A stretch of DNA of 64,000 nucleotides from Myxococcota bacterium (GTDB lineage Bacteria; Myxococcota_A; UBA9160; UBA4427): contig OZ252299.1 in the NCBI GenBank assembly GCA_965250285.1, forward strand, positions 480,001 through 544,000, read 5' to 3'. Shown in pieces: positions 38,484-47,264 of the stretch. Position 1 is the stretch's first letter. Each line of letters begins with the position of its first letter. Under the pieces are notes generated by a model. It saw nothing but the letters and a program-made list of their open reading frames with translations, was not told the DNA's origin and made no database searches. A program made the translations under genes and the position numbers.

Positions 38484-40796
38484 ATCCATGATCTCGTCTT
38501 CGCTGCCCGAGGCGGTGGCTTCGATGCGTTCGATCTCGCCGACGTCGTAGGTGGCAATGCGGTCGGGCTGCGCCGCGAGCGGTGTGAGGAAGGCGCCGAC
38601 CTGACCGTCGAAGTCGTCGGCCAGGGGGAGCCCCCACCACGCGAGCACGGTGGGGGTCACGTCATTGACCGATGTGCCGTTCGTGCTCGAGCCGGGCGCG
38701 ATCCCGGGGCCGCGGGCAAAGAGCACACCGTCGAGCGCCGCGTCGGTCTCGTGGACGCCGGTGAGCGCGGCGAGATCCTGGCCGCCTTCGAAGCCGTGAT
38801 CCGAGAGCACGAGCACGAGGTCGTTCTCGCCGTAGCGCGCCAGCAGCAGGCCGATCAGCGCATCGGTGAACTCGTAGTAGCGCTCGAGCGCCGTGCGCGT
38901 CACTGCGCGTTGGCTGTCGGTGAGCTGCATCAACTCGCCGTACAGCTCGGGCGGCTCGAGTGCGCCCCAGAGACGATGCGAAACCCGGTCGATCCCGGGC
39001 AGGAAGACCATGAGCAGATCGGGGGCCTCGGCGCGGTCGAGGTCGAGGGCGATGCGCGCGACGGTTTCGTCGTCGCGGAAACGCCTCGTGAGCCGTTCGC
39101 GCTGCATGAAGGGCGGAATGCCGACGACGCCGAGAAAGGGGTCGTCGATCGAGGTCAGTGGCGTGCGGTCGGCGAGCTGCGAAGCCACGCGCTCGGCCCA
39201 CTCGCGTGGATACGTCGTCGTCTCGGGCGCAACCTGAAGCTTCGGCTTCGCGCGCGTGCGTCCGCCCTCGCTCCCGGTCTGCGGGTCGGCCGCGCCGTCG
39301 GGGTCGTCGAGCCGGGTCGGGATCGCGTGATCCGAGATCATCACGCCATTCACGACCTCAGGCGGCCACGAAGTCCACCAGTTGACGACACCGACGCTGA
39401 GACCTGCGTCAGAGAAGATGTTCCAGAGCGCATGGGCCTGCCGATGGAGGCTCAGGTAGAGCTGCTGGTTGCCTTCGCCGTCGACATAGGTGAAGCCGCG
39501 AATGCCGTGGTGCTCGGGTGTCTTGCCCGTCGCGATCGAGGCCCAGATTCGCGGCGAGTGGATCGGCTTGTGCGACCGCAGTGTGCCCGAGGCGCCCTCT
39601 GCGGCGAGGCTCGCGAGCGCGGGCAGGCGCCCGCGCTCGAAGAGCGGCTCGATCACGCGCAAGGTCGCGCCGTCGATCCCCACCACGAGGACGCGTCGAC
39701 GCTCGGGGTCGACTGCCGCGGCCTCGGGCAGTGGAGGGACGGCGTAGGGATCCGCGGCGAGGAGCGCAGCGCCGCCGGTCTGCGATCGAAGCTGCTCGAC
39801 CGAGAAGCCCGCGCCCTCGAGCCGGGCCAGGAGCCCTGTCTCGCCGACGACCAGTCGAGCCGGAATGACCCAGAAGGCGTCGCCGGGCCGTTCGTTGGCT
39901 CCGAGGCTGTCGGCGAGCGCGTCGGCGACACGGGCCGCTTCTCGCTCGACGTTGGCCGCGTGAACGCGCCGCGCCGCCGGTGAGTCGGGCAACGACCGGT
40001 TCAGCACCCGGTCGAGATCGGCTGCGTCGCCCAGTCGCCACGCCGTCTCGAGCCGCGGGAGCATCTCGTCCGAGCGGGGCGCACGATCGAGCGCTACGCG
40101 CAGCATGTCGACCTGCACGTCACGGTCGAGCTCGACGTATCGGTCGTAGCGCTCGGCGGTGGTTTCGAGCGGCCGCACCTCCATTGCGGGTTGCTCGAGG
40201 GCGGCACGCCGGGCGAAATAGGCTTCGACCTCTTCGGAATCTACGAAACCGAGACGCTTGGTATCGGCGCCTCGCACGGCAAGCGCCGCGAACCACGGGG
40301 CCGTCACATCGCCGGTGCCCGGTGGATAGCCGGCACGCGCGAGCGCGGCCGTGAACTCGGCGTGCAGGTCGGCCGGCAGCCAGTTTCGCAGCGTGTCGCC
40401 TTCTTCGAGCCGAGCTCGGGTCAGGATGACGCCCGTCTGCGGGGCGAGCCCGGCGTCATCAGGCACGACGAGCCGGGCCGACGCCTCGAAGGCAGCGTCG
40501 ATCGCCGGATCGAAGCGCAGCCGGTTCGTGTCGCGCAGGGCGACGGTCGCCAGCACGTAGGCGCTCGCTTCGTTCGACTCATTCGGTCGGGAGACGCGCC
40601 AGATCGGCAAGCCCTCGCTCGTCGCCTCGCGCGATTCGGGCGGCGTCGCAGCCGGGGGAGCAGCGCCGTCGTGGCAACCCCACACCGCGGCGATGCACGC
40701 GATCGCGATGACGCGCGCGAGCGTCTTGCGGCCGAGTGCGGAGCTCGCCTCGATTGCTTCGTTCTTCGTCTCGACGCACGTCTTCTGCGAGCGCAT
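38454..40796 (-). CDS. Putative lipoprotein: degenerate TraB/GumN domain fused to type I phosphodiesterase/nucleotide pyrophosphatase (AlkP superfamily) domain
   Basis: Lipobox-like VWGC; N-half PIWRV..AYV, FEAS..LVV, PW, PLET, W..GD pattern; C-half GIDGAT, SPRIWASIATG, DRVSH, SDHGF, DVTPT, LRALGY. Confidence 0.75.
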   Translation of the reverse strand: MRSQKTCVETKNEAIEASSALGRKTLARVIAIACIAAVWGCHDGAAPPAATPPESREATSEGLPIWRVSRPNESNEASAYVLATVALRDTNRLRFDPAIDAAFEASARLVVPDDAGLAPQTGVILTRARLEEGDTLRNWLPADLHAEFTAALARAGYPPGTGDVTAPWFAALAVRGADTKRLGFVDSEEVEAYFARRAALEQPAMEVRPLETTAERYDRYVELDRDVQVDMLRVALDRAPRSDEMLPRLETAWRLGDAADLDRVLNRSLPDSPAARRVHAANVEREAARVADALADSLGANERPGDAFWVIPARLVVGETGLLARLEGAGFSVEQLRSQTGGAALLAADPYAVPPLPEAAAVDPERRRVLVVGIDGATLRVIEPLFERGRLPALASLAAEGASGTLRSHKPIHSPRIWASIATGKTPEHHGIRGFTYVDGEGNQQLYLSLHRQAHALWNIFSDAGLSVGVVNWWTSWPPEVVNGVMISDHAIPTRLDDPDGAADPQTGSEGGRTRAKPKLQVAPETTTYPREWAERVASQLADRTPLTSIDDPFLGVVGIPPFMQRERLTRRFRDDETVARIALDLDRAEAPDLLMVFLPGIDRVSHRLWGALEPPELYGELMQLTDSQRAVTRTALERYYEFTDALIGLLLARYGENDLVLVLSDHGFEGGQDLAALTGVHETDAALDGVLFARGPGIAPGSSTNGTSVNDVTPTVLAWWGLPLADDFDGQVGAFLTPLAAQPDRIATYDVGEIERIEATASGSEDEIMDRLRALGYIE

Positions 40797-41249
40797 CTCC
40801 CGATTCTAGAAGGCCGACCCGGAGCGTGCCGCCACACCCGCAACCGAGCGGCCCATCCCCCTGTCACGGTTCGCCGCGGCGCGTGCGCGAAGCGTCATCG
40901 AGGAAGCTCGATGGATGCGTCCCGACGCATCCGCGGAGAGATCCGAACGAATTCAAGACGATGCCCCGACCGCGCGAGTCGAATGCGCACCGCGCGCCGC
41001 TTGGAAGCTCGGAGGTGAACGCCGTCTCATGGTTCATGCATGCGTCGCTGGCCGCTCCGCGTCCCGACGTCTTCGTCTGGGCGAAGCGCGCGTGCGCTCG
41101 GTCTCTACCGTGCCGAGATCTTTCGGTCGAAAACGTCATGCCACGCTCACGTCAGCTTGGAGGCGCCCGCTTACTGTGCGGCCCGCTCGAGCCCGGTCGC
41201 CGTCGTGTGACGCGGCTCGCGGCCCAGGGGTGGGAGGCCAGGCAAGACC

Positions 41250-43064
41250 GTGAGCGACAGCCATTCAGGCCGATCCGGCCGCTTCGTACATCCGTTTCTT
41301 CTGCCGCTGGTCGTGATGATCGCGGCATTCGCGGGCGCGGTGCTCGAACGAGCAGACGCCGTCGCAGGCGAGGCGCAGGAACGACGCGTCGAGAGCGTCG
41401 CCTCGACGGTGGGTACCGAGAAGCGGCCACATGAACGCTATTCGCACGAGGACGTCCTCGCGATGCTCCGCGAGGACGACTCGGTCGTTCCGGCTGCGCC
41501 GCCGGTTCACCCGGTGCACACGATGTACAACCGCGAGGCCGTCGTGCCTCCCATGTGTTACACGCGCACCGAAGGCGAGAACAATCCCTGCTACGTCTGT
41601 CACCAGAGCCGCAGGCAGGGCCGCCCCAATGTGATGGACGATGGGGTGTTGCAGCGCGTCTACAGCTTCAGCGAGACGGCGCTCACCAACCACTGGACGA
41701 ACCTCTTCGAGGATCGCCGCGAGCGGGTCGCGAAGATCTCGAATGACGAGATCACCCAGTGGGTGAGCCACGACAACTACTCGAGCCTCGCGGGCCGCCT
41801 TCAGGCGGCCGGGTTCACGGGCTACATCCCCGATCTCGACGGCCTCGAGCAGGGCGCGGCGGCTTTCGACGCGGAGGGCTTCGCGCTCGATGGAAGCGAC
41901 TGGGTCGCCTTCAGCTACAAGCCGATGCCCAGCACGTTCTGGCCGACGAACGGGGCGACCGACGACGTCATGATCCGTTTGCCGAGGCACTTCAGGCAGA
42001 CCGCGTCCGGCAAGGCCTCTCGAGAGGTCTACAAGGCCAACCTCGCGATCGTCGAAGCCAACGTGAAAGGCCTCGACTCGATCACAGTCGAGAGACTCGA
42101 TGAATCGGCGATCGGTGTCGATCTGGACGGCGACGGATCGCTCACGCGGGTCGATCGCATCTCGGTGCTCGACGGCTACGTCGGCAACGCGCGCACGGTC
42201 GTCAAACAGCCGTTCCTGTACCCCAAGGACACCGAGTTTCTGCACTCCGTGCGGTACGTCGGGATCGACGAGCTGGGCCAGGTCTACAACCCGCCGCGCA
42301 TGAAAGAGCTTCGCTACATGCGCAAGCGCTGGGCGACCTCGGTGCCGCAGCTGGCCGAGGCCTACGAACAGGAGGCGCATGCGAAGTACGTCGGCGATCT
42401 GCCCGGCTACGTCGATCGCGGCCAGCACGGCCTCGATAACGAGATGGGCTGGGTGATCGCGGGCTTCATCGAGAACAAGCGTGGTGAGCTCCGTGTGAAC
42501 AACTACGAAGAGACGTTCTTCTGCATGGGCTGTCACACGTCGGTCGGTTCGACGATCGACAGCACGTTCAGCTTTCCGCGCAAGATCGATGGAGCGGCGG
42601 GCTGGGGGTACATCGACCTGCGCGGCATGCCCGACGCACCGACGATGGGCGAATCGAAGGGGGAGATCGCGACGTACCTCGAGCGCGCCGGGGGCGGCGG
42701 TGAGTTCCGCAGCAACCCCGAGATGCAGGCGCGCTGGTTCGACGGATCGGGTCGGGTCGACGCCGCGAAGGTGGCGGCGGCTCGAGACGTCTATGAGCTG
42801 ATCACTCCGTCGCGCGAGCGGGCGCTCGAGCTGAACAAGGCCTACCGGGTGATCGTCGAAGACCAGAGCTTCGTCTTCGGCCGCGACCCGACCGTGACGC
42901 CGCCCGCGAACGTCTACGACGTCGTCGACAACACCGCGGCGCCGACTCTGCCCGAAGCACTCGCGTACGAATGGGACATCCGTCTCGACTGGAGCAGCAC
43001 GTCGCAGGCGGTGAGGACTGAGCGGGAGCGAGAGGGTCTCGCAAACCGTTCAGAGCAACGCTGA
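41250..43064 (+). CDS. Exported protein with two CXXCH motifs (putative diheme c-type cytochrome), unknown function
   Basis: CYVCH and CMGCH; N-terminal hydrophobic segment; DLDGDG Ca-binding-like motif; SD GGAGG before GTG. Confidence 0.75.
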   Translation: MSDSHSGRSGRFVHPFLLPLVVMIAAFAGAVLERADAVAGEAQERRVESVASTVGTEKRPHERYSHEDVLAMLREDDSVVPAAPPVHPVHTMYNREAVVPPMCYTRTEGENNPCYVCHQSRRQGRPNVMDDGVLQRVYSFSETALTNHWTNLFEDRRERVAKISNDEITQWVSHDNYSSLAGRLQAAGFTGYIPDLDGLEQGAAAFDAEGFALDGSDWVAFSYKPMPSTFWPTNGATDDVMIRLPRHFRQTASGKASREVYKANLAIVEANVKGLDSITVERLDESAIGVDLDGDGSLTRVDRISVLDGYVGNARTVVKQPFLYPKDTEFLHSVRYVGIDELGQVYNPPRMKELRYMRKRWATSVPQLAEAYEQEAHAKYVGDLPGYVDRGQHGLDNEMGWVIAGFIENKRGELRVNNYEETFFCMGCHTSVGSTIDSTFSFPRKIDGAAGWGYIDLRGMPDAPTMGESKGEIATYLERAGGGGEFRSNPEMQARWFDGSGRVDAAKVAAARDVYELITPSRERALELNKAYRVIVEDQSFVFGRDPTVTPPANVYDVVDNTAAPTLPEALAYEWDIRLDWSSTSQAVRTEREREGLANRSEQR

Positions 43065-43119
43065 ACCGAAGCACCTCGGATTCTCACCGAGGATCGAACC
43101 CAGGATACCCAGGAGAGAA

Positions 43120-44712
43120 ATGATCATGCTTCCGAAGGCCATCTCGTGCCTCGCCGTCGGTGCGTTCGTCGCAACGACGGCCACTGCCGGCACGGAGCCC
43201 TACTTCACGCCGCTGACCGAATCGGCCCCTGTCACCACGGCAAACAGCGTCGAAGAGACCACCGCGCCGTGGGTGGTGCCGGCGGGCATTTCGCAGAGGA
43301 ACGCGACGAGCATGCAGGAGATCGAGGCCGATCCGTCGCAGAGCGTCGGTCGGGCGCCCGACGTCACGCTGCCCGATGGCTCGGTCGCATCGGCCGGGGC
43401 GTCGCAGTCGATGTGGGACATGTCGGCGTACGACCTGACGAGTCGCTTCATCTACATCCCGCACGAGTCGCCTTGGGCAGCCGGCGTCAGCCGCTACGAC
43501 ACCTGGACCGACCGAAATGAGCTGCTCTGGCGTGGGGATGGTCAGGGCGTGCTGGGCGATTGGAGCAACGACTTCGCCGCGTTCGATCCCGCGACGTTCA
43601 CGCCCATGTGCACGGTGCTCGCAGGCGAGGAATGGTCGGGCGAGGGTCGCCTCTTCGAGACGACCAACCCCTACGCCCCGACGAGTGAGATCGAAGTGCG
43701 CGAGCTCGAGAGCATCGCGAACGTCGCCCACGAGGGGCTGCGCTTCAGCGCCGACCAGAAGACGCTGTACTTCGTCGACGAGTGGCGCTCGGGCTCGATC
43801 TACAAGTTCGTCATGAAGAAGAGGGGGGATCTGACCCGCGGTCAGACCTTCGTCCTCGCCGTCGACGACTTCGCGGGCGATCCGGCCGACTACTTCTCGG
43901 ACGAGAGCAACGTCGATCAGCCGCGCACCGGTCTGGCCACGTGGGTGCCGATCACCGACAAGCGCGGCACGCCGCTGACCGAGGTCGACCCCTTTCTCAA
44001 TGGGCCGACCAACGATCCCCGTGACAACCTCGACACCCGCGGTGGCCGACCGGCTGCAGACGAGGTGAACGGCACGCCCTACGGCCGCCCCGAGGACATG
44101 GAGATCGGGCGGCTCGCCAACGGCAACGAGGTCATGTACTTCACGGCCACGTCCGAGACGACGGTCTACTCGGTCGAGATGCTCGACGATGAATCGGCCT
44201 TCGTCCGGGTCTTCGCCTCCTTCGACACGCCCACGAACGTGGGCTTCGAGGCGACGACGGGCGTGCTCAATAGCCCCGACAACCTGGCCCAGGATGCGCT
44301 CGGCAACATCTACGTGATCGAAGATGCGCCGAACGGCTCGTCGACCGGGGGCGACATCTGGTTCGCGCGCGACACCGACAACGACGGGGTCGCCGAGTCG
44401 CTCGACCACTTCCTGAGCATCCGCGTCGCGGGGTCGGAGGCGACGGGCATGGAGTTCAACCCGATCCGGGCGACCGAGTTCGTGGTCAACGTGCAGCACC
44501 CCGCGAGCACGAACCTCGAAGAGGTGCCGAACGGTTTCGGCGACGCCATGTGGCGGTTCAGCGTTCGCGGCGCCGAAGACCGGCGGTTCGTACGAAAGCT
44601 CCGGTGGGCAGGCTTCGGCGACTTCATCGCCGGCTTGCCCGAGTTTGCGAGGTGCTCGGCTGCCATGCGTGACCAGATGGCATCGAACCGACGTGGGGGG
44701 CACAAGCGCTGA
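43120..44712 (+). CDS. phoX: PhoX/DUF839 family alkaline phosphatase-like protein
   Basis: TP..T.LAGEE, AHEG, VDE, RPED, SPDN, IED, GSEATG, NVQHP; Sec-type signal peptide. Confidence 0.82.
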   Translation: MIMLPKAISCLAVGAFVATTATAGTEPYFTPLTESAPVTTANSVEETTAPWVVPAGISQRNATSMQEIEADPSQSVGRAPDVTLPDGSVASAGASQSMWDMSAYDLTSRFIYIPHESPWAAGVSRYDTWTDRNELLWRGDGQGVLGDWSNDFAAFDPATFTPMCTVLAGEEWSGEGRLFETTNPYAPTSEIEVRELESIANVAHEGLRFSADQKTLYFVDEWRSGSIYKFVMKKRGDLTRGQTFVLAVDDFAGDPADYFSDESNVDQPRTGLATWVPITDKRGTPLTEVDPFLNGPTNDPRDNLDTRGGRPAADEVNGTPYGRPEDMEIGRLANGNEVMYFTATSETTVYSVEMLDDESAFVRVFASFDTPTNVGFEATTGVLNSPDNLAQDALGNIYVIEDAPNGSSTGGDIWFARDTDNDGVAESLDHFLSIRVAGSEATGMEFNPIRATEFVVNVQHPASTNLEEVPNGFGDAMWRFSVRGAEDRRFVRKLRWAGFGDFIAGLPEFARCSAAMRDQMASNRRGGHKR

Positions 44713-44830
44713 TCGATCCATGCGCCGCGGCGCCGCGGCGTGAAACGGTCGGTCGATCATCGGTGCGCCGTCGCGAGCGAGGCTCGCGGCGGCGCATCTT
44801 CGTTTCGGGGTGCGCAGCCCGGGGCGTGCG

Positions 44831-45217
44831 CTAGCCGTCGACGCTGACTGCGCCGGTGATCTCGTCCGCCGAGCGGTGGACCCGGCTCACGATGTCGTAG
44901 CGATCGTCGCGGTCGATGTCGAAGCCTTCGAGCGTCTCGATGAGATGATCCAGAAAGCGCTGCAGGTGATGCGGGCGAATCCCCAGCCCGGCATGGACCT
45001 CGCCGATCGGGCGTCCCGAATATGCGTGCGGGCCATCGAGCGCCATCGAGAAGAACTCGGCCTGCATGTGCTGCAGCTTCTCGACCGGCACGTCTTCGAA
45101 GAAGGGGCGCAGGTCGGGGTCGGTCAGTACGCGGCGGTAGAAGTCGACGATGAGGCGCTTGACTGCGTCCTGCCCGCCGATCCGGTCGTAGAGCGTCGCC
45201 TCGTTCGAATCGTCCAT
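44831..45217 (-). CDS. glbN: Group I truncated (2/2) hemoglobin
   Basis: TLYDRIGG, FY.RVL.D..L.PFF, GP..Y.GR....VHAGLGI. Confidence 0.88.
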   Translation of the reverse strand: MDDSNEATLYDRIGGQDAVKRLIVDFYRRVLTDPDLRPFFEDVPVEKLQHMQAEFFSMALDGPHAYSGRPIGEVHAGLGIRPHHLQRFLDHLIETLEGFDIDRDDRYDIVSRVHRSADEITGAVSVDG

Positions 45218-45393
45218 CGCTGACCTCCATCGGTTGGCTCACCGGGTTCAACGGGAGCCTAAGCGCTCGACGCCCCGCTGCAACGCATCGGCCCGATGCG
45301 CGGTGGCACCCGTCTTCGACCTTCCCGGGCCGCGTCGGTACACTGCACCAACGCGCGACACGGGTCGCGTCGACGCAATCAGGCGCGGCGCCC

Positions 45394-46986
45394 ATGCGCG
45401 CCGAGGTCGTGGAGAACCCGCACCTGGACCCCTCGCGGCGCGCGACAGCGGCCATCGTCTTCGCGACGCTCGGGGTCGCCGCGGTCGCGTTCGCTCCGCT
45501 GTTCGCGGGGGGCTTCCAGGCCGACGACTTCCCCCACGTGGTGCACGTGCTCGAGCGTGGGCCCTTCGCCGTCTGGTCGGGCGGCGAGTCGTTCTTTCGC
45601 CCCGTCGTCTCGCTGAGCTTCTGGCTCGACGCGATGCTGTGGGGGCCCCACGCCCGCGGCTTCCACGTCTCGAACGTGTCGTTCCACATCGGCACGGCGC
45701 TGGCCGTCGGCTGGCTGGCGATGCGGCTCTCGCGCGCCGACGGGCCGGCTGCGCCGCGCGTCTGGCTCGCGGGGGCGCTGCTCTTCACCGTGCTGCCGTC
45801 TCATTCCGAGGCGGTCGGGTGGATCTCGGCCCGGGTCGACCTGCTGTCGGCGCTCGGCGCAGTCGGTTCGCTGGTGTTCTACGTGCGGTTTCGCGAGCAC
45901 GGCGGGCGGGGGCACCTCGCCGGCTCGCTCGTCGCGCTGGCGTTCGGGCTCCTCTCGAAGGAGTCGGTCTTGCTCACACCGCTCATTCTGGTCGTGATCG
46001 AGATCGTCCACTTCGAATCGTCCCCTCGCCGCGCGGTCGTGCGGGTGCTTCCGTTCTTCTTGCTCGGGGCCGTGTACGTCCTGGTGCGCGCCGTCATGGT
46101 CGGGGACCTCGTCGGCGGATACGGGGCGACGCGTCATCTCGACCTGACGCCGCTCGCGCGCAATCTGCGGACGTTTCCGGTGCGCGTCTGGTTGCCGCCG
46201 CTCGATGGCGACGCCTACGTGGTGTGCGCGCGGGTGATCTTCGTGGTCGCTGGCGGAGCCTTCGGCGTCGCGTTGTGGCGAGATCGTCGACGCGCGCTTC
46301 GCTTCGGTCTCGCTTCAGCCGTCGCGTTCTACGCCGCCGCCGCCCCGATGCTCACGCTCTGGGTCTCGCGCGAGCTCTCGTCGGGCGAACGCTTCCTTTA
46401 CTGGCCCTCGGCCGTGGCCTGCGTCGTCGTCGTCGCGGCCGGGTCGCGCTTCGCGCGGCACCGCGTGTTCCCGATCGTCCTGCTCTCGGTCGTGGTGGTC
46501 GCGGGCGCGATCTCGTACCGGGGTGTCGTGCCGTGGGCCCGGGCCGGGCAGGAGACCGAGGCGGTGGCGCGGGCGATCGCCGCGCTTCCCGAGCAGCGCC
46601 GCACCCTGGTCGGTCCGCTGCTCGACTCGAGGCAGGGCATCTACATGTTTCGCAACGCGTTCGAGTACGCGATGCGGCTCTACTCGGACACGCCCCGCGC
46701 GACGATCCCACTCGCGCCGATCCGGTTTCGCGAGGACGACACACGAGCGCCGCTCGTCGTCGCGCTCGAAGACGGTGGCGCTGTGATCGAAGCCTCGGCC
46801 GCGGAGGGCGGGCTCTTCGTGCTCGACCGGTTCACCCGGGGCGTGCAGGTGCGGGTCCGCGAGCCGAAGCGGGTGGTTGTCGAGCTGCCCGACGCCAACG
46901 CAGCCGACGCGGTCGTGATCGTCGAAGGCGTACGGCTCGACGTCTGCCGGCCAACGCTCGACTGCCCGAGTGGCGCAACGCGCTAG
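45394..46986 (+). CDS. GT-C fold membrane glycosyltransferase-like protein (TMTC/PMT-like N-terminal part)
   Basis: DD acidic pair after TM1, FRP, FH..NV..H, HSEAV.WISAR.DLL, SKES, ERFLY.P. Confidence 0.75.
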   Translation: MRAEVVENPHLDPSRRATAAIVFATLGVAAVAFAPLFAGGFQADDFPHVVHVLERGPFAVWSGGESFFRPVVSLSFWLDAMLWGPHARGFHVSNVSFHIGTALAVGWLAMRLSRADGPAAPRVWLAGALLFTVLPSHSEAVGWISARVDLLSALGAVGSLVFYVRFREHGGRGHLAGSLVALAFGLLSKESVLLTPLILVVIEIVHFESSPRRAVVRVLPFFLLGAVYVLVRAVMVGDLVGGYGATRHLDLTPLARNLRTFPVRVWLPPLDGDAYVVCARVIFVVAGGAFGVALWRDRRRALRFGLASAVAFYAAAAPMLTLWVSRELSSGERFLYWPSAVACVVVVAAGSRFARHRVFPIVLLSVVVVAGAISYRGVVPWARAGQETEAVARAIAALPEQRRTLVGPLLDSRQGIYMFRNAFEYAMRLYSDTPRATIPLAPIRFREDDTRAPLVVALEDGGAVIEASAAEGGLFVLDRFTRGVQVRVREPKRVVVELPDANAADAVVIVEGVRLDVCRPTLDCPSGATR

Positions 46987-47255
46987 GGCGTGACGCACTC
47001 CAGACGGTCGATCGCGTGGACCGGCGCGTCGTGGCCTGCCATCAGGTCGGCGATGGCCCCGTATACGAGCTGCTGCTGCTTGACGCGGTTCAGCCCCTCG
47101 AACGCCGCACTCACGACGCGAATGTCGAAGTGGCGCGGCCCCCCCGAGCCGATCTCGATGTCGCTGCCCTCGGGCAGCGCCGCGGCGATCGCGTCGCGCA
47201 TCTTCTCGATCGTTTCTTCGGGCTTCGGGCCGGCGTTGATGATCTGCAAAGCCAT
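46983..47255 (-). CDS. bolA: BolA/IbaG family protein
   Basis: HF.I.VVS..FEG..RVKQQQLVY, VHAI. Confidence 0.9.
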   Translation of the reverse strand: MALQIINAGPKPEETIEKMRDAIAAALPEGSDIEIGSGGPRHFDIRVVSAAFEGLNRVKQQQLVYGAIADLMAGHDAPVHAIDRLECVTP

Positions 47256-47264
47256 GGCGGATCC

